Part shown: piece after piece, positions 27,249-36,356 of the stretch
Position numbering within the stretch: position 1 is the stretch's first letter
Layout: every line of letters begins with the position of its first letter
Assembly: GCA_027729805.1 (NCBI GenBank)
Contig: JAQCEO010000001.1
Location: 10,621-74,620 of the forward strand
From: Actinomycetota bacterium
GTDB taxonomy: Bacteria > Actinomycetota > Actinomycetes > S36-B12
Length of the DNA: 64,000 bases
Direction of reading: 5' to 3'
Notes under the pieces: model-generated
The model's input: the letters and a program-made list of their open reading frames with translations, nothing else
Database searches by the model: none
Told to the model about the DNA's origin: nothing
Position numbers and translations under genes: made by a program

Positions 27249-28261
27249 CCGGCTTCGGCTAATAAGGCGGCCACGTGCCAAGCTTCGGTGCTGGTGCGCA
27301 TTGAGGTTTCCAGGACATTGGCGCGCCTACTGGCATCCATCAAGTTCGCCCCCATAGCTTCCAGATCCGTCGGCCCCGGCCCCACGATGGTGACTTTCGC
27401 CCCGGCTTTACGCAACACATTCGCCTCGGCAACGCAGTTGCTCGTTACCTTCTCACGCCAGCGTCGCTCCAACCGAGCCGCAATGGTGTTTGGCTGATCT
27501 TGGGCAAATGACACCATTGGTGCGATGACGTACACCTCATCAAGGCCGGCGTGCGCAACCACGTCAACCGAGGTGGCAGATACCGCGCCACCATCGATAT
27601 AGGCCCGGCCACCGATCGCCACCGGGGTGAACCAGCCTGGAATGGCGCAGGAAGCCATGACCGCGGCCGGTAGCCGCGAGGACGGTGCCCCCGAGCGGCC
27701 AAAGACCACCCTTTTACCGGTTTCGTAATCCATCGCCACCACCCAAATCCCAGAGCGCGGCGCCCAGCCAGCTGCGGGGGTGACAACGTCAATTAAATGG
27801 CCTACTTTTTCCAGAGATTTACGGCCTTCGGGCAGGAAGGCCGAGAGCACCGCGGTGGTCGGTAGTTGGCCCAGGTGTCGAAGGCTAGACCCGATCAATT
27901 TGACCGACCCGGGAGCCGGCAGGCGCGGGCGCGCCGGGCGGGGACCACCGGTAGCTGTCGCCGGATCCCAGTGGTACCCGGCCAATGGGCCCCCGGAGAT
28001 AACTTCCTTATTGTTGTGCTGGCGTATTTCTTCGGAAGTTACCCCGCAACCTAAAAGCGCCCCCAGCACCGAGCCAGCCGAGGTGCCGACAATGACATCG
28101 GCGCTCTTGGCAGCGAACCCGTGGGTCTGCTCAAGAGCGCACAGGGCACCGATAGCCCAAGTGCCGCCCAACACCCCACCACCGCCAAGGACAACCCCGC
28201 GGCGCGGAGTTTTCGCTGTTGGCGTGCCAACCGACGGGGTTGGCGCCCTTGCCGAACTCAT
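27245..28261 (-). CDS. Patatin-like phospholipase
   Basis: Oxyanion GGGGVLGG, nucleophile GTSAGS, and a later DGG motif. Confidence 0.85.
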   Translation of the reverse strand: MSSARAPTPSVGTPTAKTPRRGVVLGGGGVLGGTWAIGALCALEQTHGFAAKSADVIVGTSAGSVLGALLGCGVTSEEIRQHNNKEVISGGPLAGYHWDPATATGGPRPARPRLPAPGSVKLIGSSLRHLGQLPTTAVLSAFLPEGRKSLEKVGHLIDVVTPAAGWAPRSGIWVVAMDYETGKRVVFGRSGAPSSRLPAAVMASCAIPGWFTPVAIGGRAYIDGGAVSATSVDVVAHAGLDEVYVIAPMVSFAQDQPNTIAARLERRWREKVTSNCVAEANVLRKAGAKVTIVGPGPTDLEAMGANLMDASRRANVLETSMRTSTEAWHVAALLAEAG

Positions 28262-28370
28262 TTTGCCACCTCCCCGTCGTCAACCATCCGCTGATGGCGG
28301 TCACCTCGAACATTAGCGTGCGGTATTTTTTGGCCAAGGGGGCGCGGCGGATGGCGTAGGATGACAACAA

Positions 28371-29114
28371 ATGAGGTATTTCTTAGGGATGGCTTCCCCG
28401 CCCAAACGACGCGTCTTGGTCGCCCTGGTTTCCACACTGGTCGCAGTGGCCTTGGTCTCATCCGCGGCGCTAACCGTGTCGGCGGCCACGAACTCCGCTG
28501 CACCGGCCAGCACCACCTTGGCTCCTGAGCCCCGATCAACAACCGGCCCGACTGCTACGGCCAGCCCGAGCCCGACTGCTACGGCCAGCCCGAGCCCGAC
28601 TGCTACGGCCAGCCCAGATTCCACGGCCAACCCTGGGCCGGTGAAAGTGCGCAAACCTAAACCGGCGAGTAGAACCCAAAAAGCCCGCAATGTGCCAGAG
28701 TTCCCGCGCGATACGCACCAGGGTCGCCGCATCGTTTACGACAAGGCCCTGATGACCGTTTGGGTGATGGGTGAGCGGGACCAAGTAATTGGCCGGTACC
28801 CGGTCGTCGGCCGCTTTGATCGCCCGGTAATGGGCACCTACAAAATCTTTTCCAAGTCCAAAGTCGCTTATAACCCGAACTCGAAAGTCACTTTCAACCA
28901 CATGATGCGTTTCACCTACGGCCCTGATACCAAATCACCAATCGGCCTGCACGCCATCCCGCGCTATTACGACGGCACGGAGATGCACTCGGTTAAGCAA
29001 CTGGGCCTAGCGATTGCCGCGGGTGGCTGCGTTCGACTTTCCGAGGAGGCCGCGGCCGCCATCTACAAGTGGGTTAAAGTTGGCGATCGCGTCATCGTGC
29101 TGCCATCCCCGTAG
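28371..29114 (+). CDS. L,D-transpeptidase (YkuD domain) with signal anchor and Thr/Ala/Ser/Pro repeat linker
   Basis: Catalytic HAIP...AGGCVRL motif. N-terminal hydrophobic segment followed by (TATASPSP)x3. Confidence 0.85.
   Translation: MRYFLGMASPPKRRVLVALVSTLVAVALVSSAALTVSAATNSAAPASTTLAPEPRSTTGPTATASPSPTATASPSPTATASPDSTANPGPVKVRKPKPASRTQKARNVPEFPRDTHQGRRIVYDKALMTVWVMGERDQVIGRYPVVGRFDRPVMGTYKIFSKSKVAYNPNSKVTFNHMMRFTYGPDTKSPIGLHAIPRYYDGTEMHSVKQLGLAIAAGGCVRLSEEAAAAIYKWVKVGDRVIVLPSP
28545..28615. repeat. 24-bp in-frame tandem repeat (~2.7 copies) inside the L,D-transpeptidase linker
   Basis: actgctacggccagcccgagcccg at 28551-28574 and 28575-28598, plus a partial third copy. It encodes TATASPSP units. 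Confidence 0.9.
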
Positions 29115-30315
29115 CAAGTACTTTACTTAGTGCGGCAATGCCTTTGAGCGCTGGTGATCGCGGTGCGATCTCGGCCAGCAACGCTCCCTGCGCAAGCGCA
29201 TTTCGATAGCCACCACCATCGAATGGGATTGACACCACTTGCAGGTTGATACCGCTGCTGCGTAGTGCATCGAGTGCTGGGCCACCACGACGATCCCCCG
29301 ATTGAATGAGGGCGACAATGATCGGCGCGCTAACACCCAACTGAGTTACCGCCGGCAACCCAGTAATCAACCGGCTAATCGCCAACGGGTCATCACGGGT
29401 GACAGCGACTACCGCATCGGCGGCAGTTAATGCGGTGACAGCGGCGGCGTTCCGACGCGAGGACAATAAGGTGCCGCCACCGTGTTGCACCACCCCACCT
29501 TCGTCCTCGATGCAGGGGCCAATATCGATAACCGTTCTGGCAAAAGCAGCGCGAGCTGTCGCCCAGACCGAGGTCAGCGCACTGTGTCGCAGATCGGGCC
29601 AGCGATCAACGCGTGGGATGCCACCGAGCACATGCAGCTGGCGGCGCAGCACGCTGGCGCTCAACTGCAGCGATCTGATATTTAGCGTGCCATTGTCGGC
29701 ATTGCGGCAGGCCACCACGATGCCGCTGCTGTCGTCGATAATGCCCAGATTGAAACAGACCGCTGGTGCGTAAGTATCGGCATCAACCAGGCAGGTGGAC
29801 GCACCCTCCCTAGCGAATGCATCAGCAAGCGCGATAGCCATGCAGGTGCGCCCGGGGGCACCGGCTGGCCCCCAAACTGCCACCAGTTGCCCATCAAGTG
29901 GTGCCGCCACGGCACCCATGTCAATATCTTGTCGCCGCCAACTACCGGTATCCCATACCCCGGTCACTCCGTGCAAAATTTCCGCAGCAACCGCGCGCAT
30001 TGTTGACTCCGCGGTCGGTTGAATTTGCATTATCCGAGTAACCCCAAGGATTCTAAGTAACTGCGTACCGGCATCATCTGCTGCGAGCCCGATCACGGTT
30101 CGCTTGCCAGCAAGCAGTCGCGCGATGACGTCCGGGCTGATGCGTGGCACCTCACCGGTTAAGACAATCGGCATTGTCGGGTCGGTTGCGGCGGCAGCAA
30201 GGAGATCCACCGCATCAAGTGACCTGCGGGCTACGGTAATGCCGGCCGCCGGCGCACTTGCCACTAGCGCTGCTTCACCATCAAATCCAGCAGCGGCGAG
30301 AATTATCGTGGTCAC
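29092..30315 (-). CDS. ParA/MinD-superfamily CpaE/Ssd-like protein
   Basis: Receiver-like N-terminal region followed by a deviant P-loop VWGPAGAPGRT. Similar genes lie near secA and tad-type loci in actinobacteria (recollection). Confidence 0.55.
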   Translation of the reverse strand: MTTIILAAAGFDGEAALVASAPAAGITVARRSLDAVDLLAAAATDPTMPIVLTGEVPRISPDVIARLLAGKRTVIGLAADDAGTQLLRILGVTRIMQIQPTAESTMRAVAAEILHGVTGVWDTGSWRRQDIDMGAVAAPLDGQLVAVWGPAGAPGRTCMAIALADAFAREGASTCLVDADTYAPAVCFNLGIIDDSSGIVVACRNADNGTLNIRSLQLSASVLRRQLHVLGGIPRVDRWPDLRHSALTSVWATARAAFARTVIDIGPCIEDEGGVVQHGGGTLLSSRRNAAAVTALTAADAVVAVTRDDPLAISRLITGLPAVTQLGVSAPIIVALIQSGDRRGGPALDALRSSGINLQVVSIPFDGGGYRNALAQGALLAEIAPRSPALKGIAALSKVLATGMAAR

Positions 30316-30986
30316 GACACCTGCTGGCTGGCTATCGGTACCGCAACCAAATCAATCAAACCCGAGCGGGCTGCGGCCACCAGTTGATCGGCCGCTGCCG
30401 CTGGAATTTCAACTACGACCGCTATCTCCCCACCAACACCAACGGCGTCGGCGGCCACCTCGGCAACTGTGACGCTGGCAAGCACCAGCACCGGTTGCGC
30501 GGTCACACCACCGGCTAGATCAGCAGGTGTCGACCAGATATCAACAACATCACCGGTCGCCATGTGCACCGGTGCGTGTAATGGATCGACCGGGAGTGTC
30601 ACCAATCGCGCGTTCAACATTGGCGAGAAGCCAAGTGCACCGCGCGGGATCAGATCACCGGCCGCGACGGGCCAACGCAGTTGCCCGGTCAGTGGCTCAC
30701 TCGCCAGCAGGTACTGGTCTTGGGCGGCACCAAGTGACACAGTTACTGGAGTCGCAACGGGAATTGCGCCGACCGATAAATCACTACTTGCGCGCCAGAC
30801 GGTTGTTGTCTGTTCCCCGCGCGACAGCAGGAAGGCACCGGCAAACATTGCGAGCAAGATGATCACCAAGCCAATCCAAAGACGCAGATCACGCCAGCGC
30901 ACCACCCGCATTCGCTGCGCCGGAACTTGAGCCGAAAGTTGACCTTGGTGTTGCTTCGTTAGTAGTGCCATGCGCTCCCCCGGCAT
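30312..30986 (-). CDS. SAF-domain / CpaB-RcpC-like membrane-anchored protein
   Basis: Single N-terminal TM segment followed by a SAF-like domain. 4-nt overlap with the downstream ParA-like gene. Confidence 0.45.
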   Translation of the reverse strand: MPGERMALLTKQHQGQLSAQVPAQRMRVVRWRDLRLWIGLVIILLAMFAGAFLLSRGEQTTTVWRASSDLSVGAIPVATPVTVSLGAAQDQYLLASEPLTGQLRWPVAAGDLIPRGALGFSPMLNARLVTLPVDPLHAPVHMATGDVVDIWSTPADLAGGVTAQPVLVLASVTVAEVAADAVGVGGEIAVVVEIPAAAADQLVAAARSGLIDLVAVPIASQQVS

Positions 30987-31032
30987 CGACGATATGTCGC
31001 ACTAGTTTCACCCGGAACGCGAATATCCGTGA

Positions 31033-31046
31033 AAAGTTATCCACAG
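31033..31046 (+). promoter_or_regulatory. 14-mer aaagttatccacag (contains the DnaA-box sequence TTATCCACA), copy 1
   Basis: Lies 51 nt upstream of the HTH gene start, in a divergent promoter region. An identical 14-mer occurs at 31936-31949. Confidence 0.4.
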
Positions 31047-31096
31047 GTGCGCCCGAAGTAGTTTGGGTGCGCCGGAAATTTTGGCAGCATGGGGCC

Positions 31097-31336
31097 ATGT
31101 CGCAACGCTTCCTCACTTTGGCCGATATCGCCGATGCCCTAAATATTTCGGCCGCACAGACCTACGCCCTGGTTCGCACCGGTGAGTTACCCGCCATCAA
31201 GATCGGTGGTCGGGGTCAGTGGCGGGTCGAGACCACCCAACTGGAGGCCTACATCACTCGCATGTACGCGCTCACCCAAGATTTTGTGGAGACCCATCCC
31301 TTCGGGCAAGAGTCTGCAGCGCTGCCAGTGCGGTAA
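31097..31336 (+). CDS. Small helix-turn-helix DNA-binding protein (excisionase/MerR-like family)
   Basis: LTLADIADALNISAAQTYALVRTGELPAIKIGGRGQWRV is a typical excisionase-family HTH. I prefer the ATG at 31097. Confidence 0.75.
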   Translation: MSQRFLTLADIADALNISAAQTYALVRTGELPAIKIGGRGQWRVETTQLEAYITRMYALTQDFVETHPFGQESAALPVR

Positions 31337-31838
31337 AAGCAATCGTGACGCGCGAGCCCTGTTGGCCAGCGCCACCGGTAATGAGATCTAGGTGATCAGC
31401 GCCGACCCCGACCAGCTCACCGATGCGGGTGATCTCGTCAATGGTGTGGACTTGCACTAGTTCACCGGCTAACCCACGTAAGAAACTCGGCCAAGTGATA
31501 GCCGGAATAACCCGGTCGGGACCATCATCTCGCAGCCCAGCAGCCAACCCCTCAACACAAACCACCGCATCAATACTCAATGCCCAAAGGTTCGAAGTTG
31601 GCGCTGCAACCACCACCATGGCGGCACCCGCGGCGACCACGGTGCCGTAAAGCACCGGCAGCCCGACCACCCAGATGCTGATCGGGTTGGGGGTGACGAG
31701 CCAGCGATCAACCAACCGCACCCGAGCCCGCTCCGCCTCGGCCAACTCGGCGGCTTCGGCGATAACTTCGGCATCGCAGTTGGACTGAACCCCGGCCGCC
31801 ACCTGGGCCAGTAGGTCATCGGGGTTGATAATGAACAT
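31272..31838 (-). CDS. Hypothetical protein
   Basis: 188-aa ORF only. No motif recognised. Its 3' end overlaps the convergent HTH gene by 65 nt. Confidence 0.35.
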   Translation of the reverse strand: MFIINPDDLLAQVAAGVQSNCDAEVIAEAAELAEAERARVRLVDRWLVTPNPISIWVVGLPVLYGTVVAAGAAMVVVAAPTSNLWALSIDAVVCVEGLAAGLRDDGPDRVIPAITWPSFLRGLAGELVQVHTIDEITRIGELVGVGADHLDLITGGAGQQGSRVTIAFTALAALQTLARRDGSPQNLG

Positions 31839-31935
31839 TAAAAGTCATCTTCCTGACGCACTTAGGTTTAAGTGGCCCACCGGCTGGGCACACTCCTGCC
31901 AGGTGGATTCTCGCCCATCGACTGATATTCCGGGC

Positions 31936-31949
31936 AAAGTTATCCACAG
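31936..31949 (+). promoter_or_regulatory. 14-mer aaagttatccacag (contains the DnaA-box sequence TTATCCACA), copy 2
   Basis: Lies in the 322-nt AT-richer divergent intergenic region. Flanking similarity to copy 1 extends to about 26 nt (atat(t)ccg.g.aaagttatccacag). Confidence 0.4.
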
Positions 31950-32160
31950 CACACTACTTACTGCCATTGACAGGCTTTGATCCGTGACGTAGAACTCTCA
32001 GTAGAACTAAAGACAAGTAAATGCACGCAACTGAAAGCTTGTACCTAAAAATTGAATGGTGAAACCGGGCTACCAACAAATCCGGTGCACCGGCACCAAG
32101 ACTCCCGCGACCCCCCGACCGCGGCCGTCCTCCAGTTAACGCGAACTTAGGAGAACGACC

Positions 32161-32664
32161 GTGACCGTCCTGCATTTTGCCCCAGAAGACCAGTTACCCC
32201 TGCCATTGGACTGGCAGGTGGCGCCCGGTATCGATAGCCCACCGCCGGTGCCGCGACACCTGCGACTGGTCGGGGCTACGGCCAATTCCGATACGGCCTC
32301 GCAACCGGAAACCACCGACCTACCTATCGCTTGGGTTGCCCGAATGGCCCGGGCGGTCAGTGAGGTGGGGATTGGGGATCGCCCACCTGGCCAACTAACC
32401 CGTTGGGTGGAGCGGCAACAATTGGCGCAACTTGCCGACCGCGGTGCCGCAGTCCGGCGTCACCCCAGTTCCCGAGGCGCCGTTAAGACGCAAAATACGA
32501 CTCGCACCGTCAAGCAGGTTCGCTCTATTCGCATCTGTCAGATCGCCGACGGCATCGCTGAGACTTCTGCGGTCTTGGTCGGCAGCGATCGAGCCCGCGC
32601 CGTGGCGATGCGCTTTGAGTTCATCGGCGAGCGCTGGCTGGTGACAGTGGTCAACCTCGGCTAG
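32161..32664 (+). CDS. Rv3235-like conserved actinobacterial protein
   Basis: C-terminal ...[40 protein letters not shown] resembles the Rv3235 family. It lies next to secA as in mycobacteria (recollection). Confidence 0.6.
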   Translation: MTVLHFAPEDQLPLPLDWQVAPGIDSPPPVPRHLRLVGATANSDTASQPETTDLPIAWVARMARAVSEVGIGDRPPGQLTRWVERQQLAQLADRGAAVRRHPSSRGAVKTQNTTRTVKQVRSIRICQIADGIAETSAVLVGSDRARAVAMRFEFIGERWLVTVVNLG

Positions 32665-35459
32665 CGCCCGCCCTTGCGGCGGGCCCGCTCGGCTCGGCGC
32701 CGATCAGCGCGGCTGGCAGTTGGATCAATCTCGAGGGTGCCATCGTCTTCGACCGTCACGGCACCGTGCACGACGCCACCGGATTCACTCGGCGCCGAAT
32801 ACTCAAGGTGAGCGGGCCGGCTCGGGGCCAAGCCTTTTGCGAGCAGTGGCACCTTGGGTGCAGCTGGTTGGACTGAGACTGGTTGGACTGAAACTTCTTT
32901 CGGCACTGCCGCGAGCACGGCAGCAGGCGCAGGCTCCAGCTCAGCCGGTGCCGGTTCGGGTTCATTGACCTGAACTTCGACATTGAACAAGTACCCAACT
33001 GTTTCCTCTTTGATGCCATCCATCATGGCGTTAAAGAGGTCGAAGCCTTCGCGCTGATATTCGATGAGCGGATCACGCTGCGCCATCGCACGCAGGCCAA
33101 TGCCATCTCGCAGGTAGTCCATTTCGTAGAGATGCTCACGCCACTTGCGGTCCAGCACCGACAAAATCACCCGCCGCTCGAGTTCACGAGCAACTTCATC
33201 CCCAAGGCTCTCCTCGCGAATGTCATAGGCGTGCTGGGCGTCATCCTTTAGTTCAGCCGCCAGATAATCCTGACTCAAGCCAGTCCGATCCCCGCCTGAG
33301 GCCTGCTCGAGTTCGGCAATAGTGGCCTGCACCGGGTAGAGCTGCCGCAGTGCTGTCCAAAGCTGGTCTAGATCCCAGTCCTCCGGGTAACCGTCAGCCG
33401 TGGCCGTACGCACATAGCCTTCGACGGTGTCGGTGATGAAGTCGCGCACCTGCTCCTCGATGTCCTCACCTGCAAGTACCCTGCGGCGTTCGTCATAGAT
33501 AACCAAGCGCTGGCGATTTAGCACATCGTCGTACTTCAAGACATCCTTACGGATCTCGAAGTTCTGCGCTTCGACCTGCGACTGCGCCGAACGAATGGCA
33601 TTGGTGACCATCTTCGCCTCAATCGGCACATCATCTGGCACATTGAAGCGACGCAGGAATGCATCGACCATGTCGGCCTTGAATAGCCGCATGAGGTCGT
33701 CTTGCAAAGAGAGATAGAACTGGGATTCACCAGGATCCCCTTGACGACCGGATCGACCTCGCAACTGGTTGTCAATGCGGCGCGACTCATGGCGCTCGGT
33801 TGCGAGCACATACAGGCCGCCCAGGGCAACGACTTCGTCGTGCTCGGCTTGCACTGCACCACGTGCCCGCTCAATTGCCGCGGGCCAAGCGGCTTCGTAG
33901 GCTTCCGGGTCCAGGGCGGGCGATAGCTCCTGCTGGGTCAAGGCGGCTGCCGCCATGAACTCCGGGTTACCGCCCAGCATGATGTCGGTACCGCGGCCTG
34001 CCATATTGGTTGCGACCGTGACCGCGCCGCGCCGGCCGGCCTGCGCAACGATCGCGGCCTCGCGGTGATGGTGCTTGGCATTGAGTACCTCATGCGGTAC
34101 CCCATTTTGCTTCAGGAGTTTGGAAAGATCCTCGGATTTTTCCACGCTGGTAGTGCCAACGAGGATTGGCTGACCGTGCTCATGGCGTTCGACAATGTCG
34201 GCGACTACGGCACTGAGTTTGGCCTCGCTGGTGCGGAACACCACATCGGCTTTGTCGATGCGAACCATCGTGCGGTTCGTCGGGATCGGCACCACACCGA
34301 GGTTGTAGATGGTCGAGAACTCATTGGCTTCGGTCATGGCGGTACCGGTCATCCCCGACAACTTCGTGTAGAGGCGGAAGAAGTTCTGTAGGGTCACGGT
34401 CGCGAGCGTTTGATTCTCCGCCTTGATCTCGACACCCTCCTTCGCCTCAATTGACTGGTGCAGGCCCTCGTTGTAGCGGCGCCCGGAAAGAATGCGGCCG
34501 GTGTGTTCGTCAACTATGAGTACCTCACCGTCAATGACCACATAGTCACGATCTTTTTTGAACAAATCCTTGGCGCGGATGGCGTTGTTCAAGAACCCAA
34601 CGAGTGGCGTATTGACGGTGTCATAGAGATTGTCGATGCCAATTTGGTCTTCGATTTTGTCGATTGCTGACTCCAGCACACCAACGGTCTTCTTCTTCTC
34701 GTCGACTTCATAATCCTCATCGCGCTTTAGCATTTTTGCCATCCGCGCGAACTCTGCGTACCAGCTATTTGCTTGATCAGCCGGGCCGCTGATGATCAAG
34801 GGGGTTCTGGCTTCGTCGATCAAAATCGAGTCAACTTCATCGACCACGGCGAAGTTGTGGCCCCGCTGCACCAATTCATCGCGCGACCAAGCCATGTTGT
34901 CGCGAAGGTAATCGAATCCGAATTCATTGTTGGTGCCATAGGTGATGTCAGCGGCATAGGCAAGGCGGCGCTCCGGCGGGGTCATATTCGACAAGATCGT
35001 GCCCACCTCGAGTCCGAGGAAGCGGTGTATGCGGCCCATCCACTCACCGTCGCGCTCGGCGAGGTAATCGTTCACCGTGACAACATGCACGCCCTTGCCG
35101 GAAAGGGCATTTAGGTAGGCGGGCAAGGTCGAGACCAAGGTCTTGCCTTCACCGGTGCGCATCTCGGCAATATTGCCCATATGTAGGGCGGCCCCACCCA
35201 TGATCTGCACGTCGAAGTGGCGCTGACCCAAAGTGCGTCGAGCCGCCTCCCGGACGGTGGCAAATGCCTCCGGCAGGAGGTCATCAAGGGACTCCCCGCC
35301 TTGGTAACGCTTCTTGAACTCCTCGGTTAGCTCGCGGAGCTCGGCGTCGGTGAGTGAGACGAACTCACTCTCGATGGCATTGACAGCGACGGCAATCGCC
35401 GCCAGACGGCGCAGAGTTTTGCCCTCGCCGACGCGAAGGAGTTTGTCGAGCACACCCAC
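32661..35459 (-). CDS. secA: Preprotein translocase ATPase SecA
   Basis: [17 protein letters not shown] and [19 protein letters not shown] motifs. 932 aa. Confidence 0.97.
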   Translation of the reverse strand: MGVLDKLLRVGEGKTLRRLAAIAVAVNAIESEFVSLTDAELRELTEEFKKRYQGGESLDDLLPEAFATVREAARRTLGQRHFDVQIMGGAALHMGNIAEMRTGEGKTLVSTLPAYLNALSGKGVHVVTVNDYLAERDGEWMGRIHRFLGLEVGTILSNMTPPERRLAYAADITYGTNNEFGFDYLRDNMAWSRDELVQRGHNFAVVDEVDSILIDEARTPLIISGPADQANSWYAEFARMAKMLKRDEDYEVDEKKKTVGVLESAIDKIEDQIGIDNLYDTVNTPLVGFLNNAIRAKDLFKKDRDYVVIDGEVLIVDEHTGRILSGRRYNEGLHQSIEAKEGVEIKAENQTLATVTLQNFFRLYTKLSGMTGTAMTEANEFSTIYNLGVVPIPTNRTMVRIDKADVVFRTSEAKLSAVVADIVERHEHGQPILVGTTSVEKSEDLSKLLKQNGVPHEVLNAKHHHREAAIVAQAGRRGAVTVATNMAGRGTDIMLGGNPEFMAAAALTQQELSPALDPEAYEAAWPAAIERARGAVQAEHDEVVALGGLYVLATERHESRRIDNQLRGRSGRQGDPGESQFYLSLQDDLMRLFKADMVDAFLRRFNVPDDVPIEAKMVTNAIRSAQSQVEAQNFEIRKDVLKYDDVLNRQRLVIYDERRRVLAGEDIEEQVRDFITDTVEGYVRTATADGYPEDWDLDQLWTALRQLYPVQATIAELEQASGGDRTGLSQDYLAAELKDDAQHAYDIREESLGDEVARELERRVILSVLDRKWREHLYEMDYLRDGIGLRAMAQRDPLIEYQREGFDLFNAMMDGIKEETVGYLFNVEVQVNEPEPAPAELEPAPAAVLAAVPKEVSVQPVSVQPAAPKVPLLAKGLAPSRPAHLEYSAPSESGGVVHGAVTVEDDGTLEIDPTASRADRRRAERARRKGGR

Positions 35460-35659
35460 CGTGACACGCCTTTCGGATCGGTCGACCAGATCTTCGCTCT
35501 CGGGAAGATCACCGTGCCAGCTTGCTGGCGTACCCCATCGTAGAGGTCACGGGTTGGTCACGGACCGCTGCGGGTGGCCCTAATCCACCGACAGACCTGA
35601 CCCCCTTGCCTAGGAGCAAAACTGGTGTGCAGACTGCTCCGACGACCGATTGGGGGCAA

Positions 35660-36334
35660 ATGCAGCCGGGGGGGCTTATTGATGCCTGTATTGACCTGGT
35701 GCTGAGCCGGACCTGCGTTGGTTGCCAGGTGCTCGGCACCACCTTGTGCCCAACTTGCTGGGCGGTGATGACGCAGCAGGTAGGTCCCTTTCCCATGCGC
35801 ACCCCGTGGCCGGTTGCCACCGGCGCCCGGTACCAAGACCAAGCCAAAGCGGCCATCATCGCGCACAAGGAACACGGGGTGCGTTCATTGACCGCCCCAC
35901 TTGGCATCTTGCTGGCAAGTGCGATAACCACTTTGACCCGCGGTCCTACCCTGCTCGTCACCATCCCCCCGCATCGCAGTTCAGTGCATGCGCGTGGCGC
36001 GGATACCACCTTGCTGATCGCCAGTCGCGCCGCCCGCGTACTTACCGATGTCCACCAACCGGCGCGGGTTCACCACCTACTTCGTCGCGGCTTCGACAAC
36101 GGCAAACATGTTGGCCGGACGGCGGTCCAACGCCGGGCCGCGATCGACGGAGCCTTCCAACCCCGGCCCACGCAAATCGCGAAACTGTCGAAATTTGCCG
36201 GCTACCGCATCATTGTCGTCGACGATGTCATCACCACGGGTGCCACCACTTTGGCGGCGGCAACCACACTTGAGGCCGCAGGGGTCAAGGTCGCCGGGGT
36301 AGCAGCTGTCGCCGGAACTCCAGCAAGATGGTGA
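35660..36334 (+). CDS. ComF-family phosphoribosyltransferase-domain protein
   Basis: N-terminal CVGCQ...CPTC zinc-ribbon-like cysteines. PRTase motif IIVVDDVITTGAT. I prefer the ATG at 35660. Confidence 0.75.
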   Translation: MQPGGLIDACIDLVLSRTCVGCQVLGTTLCPTCWAVMTQQVGPFPMRTPWPVATGARYQDQAKAAIIAHKEHGVRSLTAPLGILLASAITTLTRGPTLLVTIPPHRSSVHARGADTTLLIASRAARVLTDVHQPARVHHLLRRGFDNGKHVGRTAVQRRAAIDGAFQPRPTQIAKLSKFAGYRIIVVDDVITTGATTLAAATTLEAAGVKVAGVAAVAGTPARW

Positions 36335-36356
36335 TTACCACTAACTCCATTTTGGG

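Noticed and set aside
31014-31038. GGAAC-N17-GTT, an ECF (SigE/SigH-like) promoter pattern upstream of the HTH gene
   Set aside because: A pattern this short is expected several times by chance in 64 kb on two strands. The second copy of the 14-mer lacks a matching -35 element. I kept it only as an alternative reading of the 14-mer finding.
31272-31336. 65-nt convergent overlap between the HTH gene and the hypothetical gene 31272-31838 as a possible antisense regulatory arrangement
   Set aside because: The hypothetical ORF has no recognisable features and its true stop and extent are uncertain. The overlap may simply reflect an over-called ORF.
32866-32895. 15-bp duplication (ctggttggactga x2) and Pro/Ala/Glu-rich repeats in the secA 3' region
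   Set aside because: This is a short low-complexity stretch in the variable C-terminal tail of actinobacterial SecA. It has no structural or regulatory implication that I can support.
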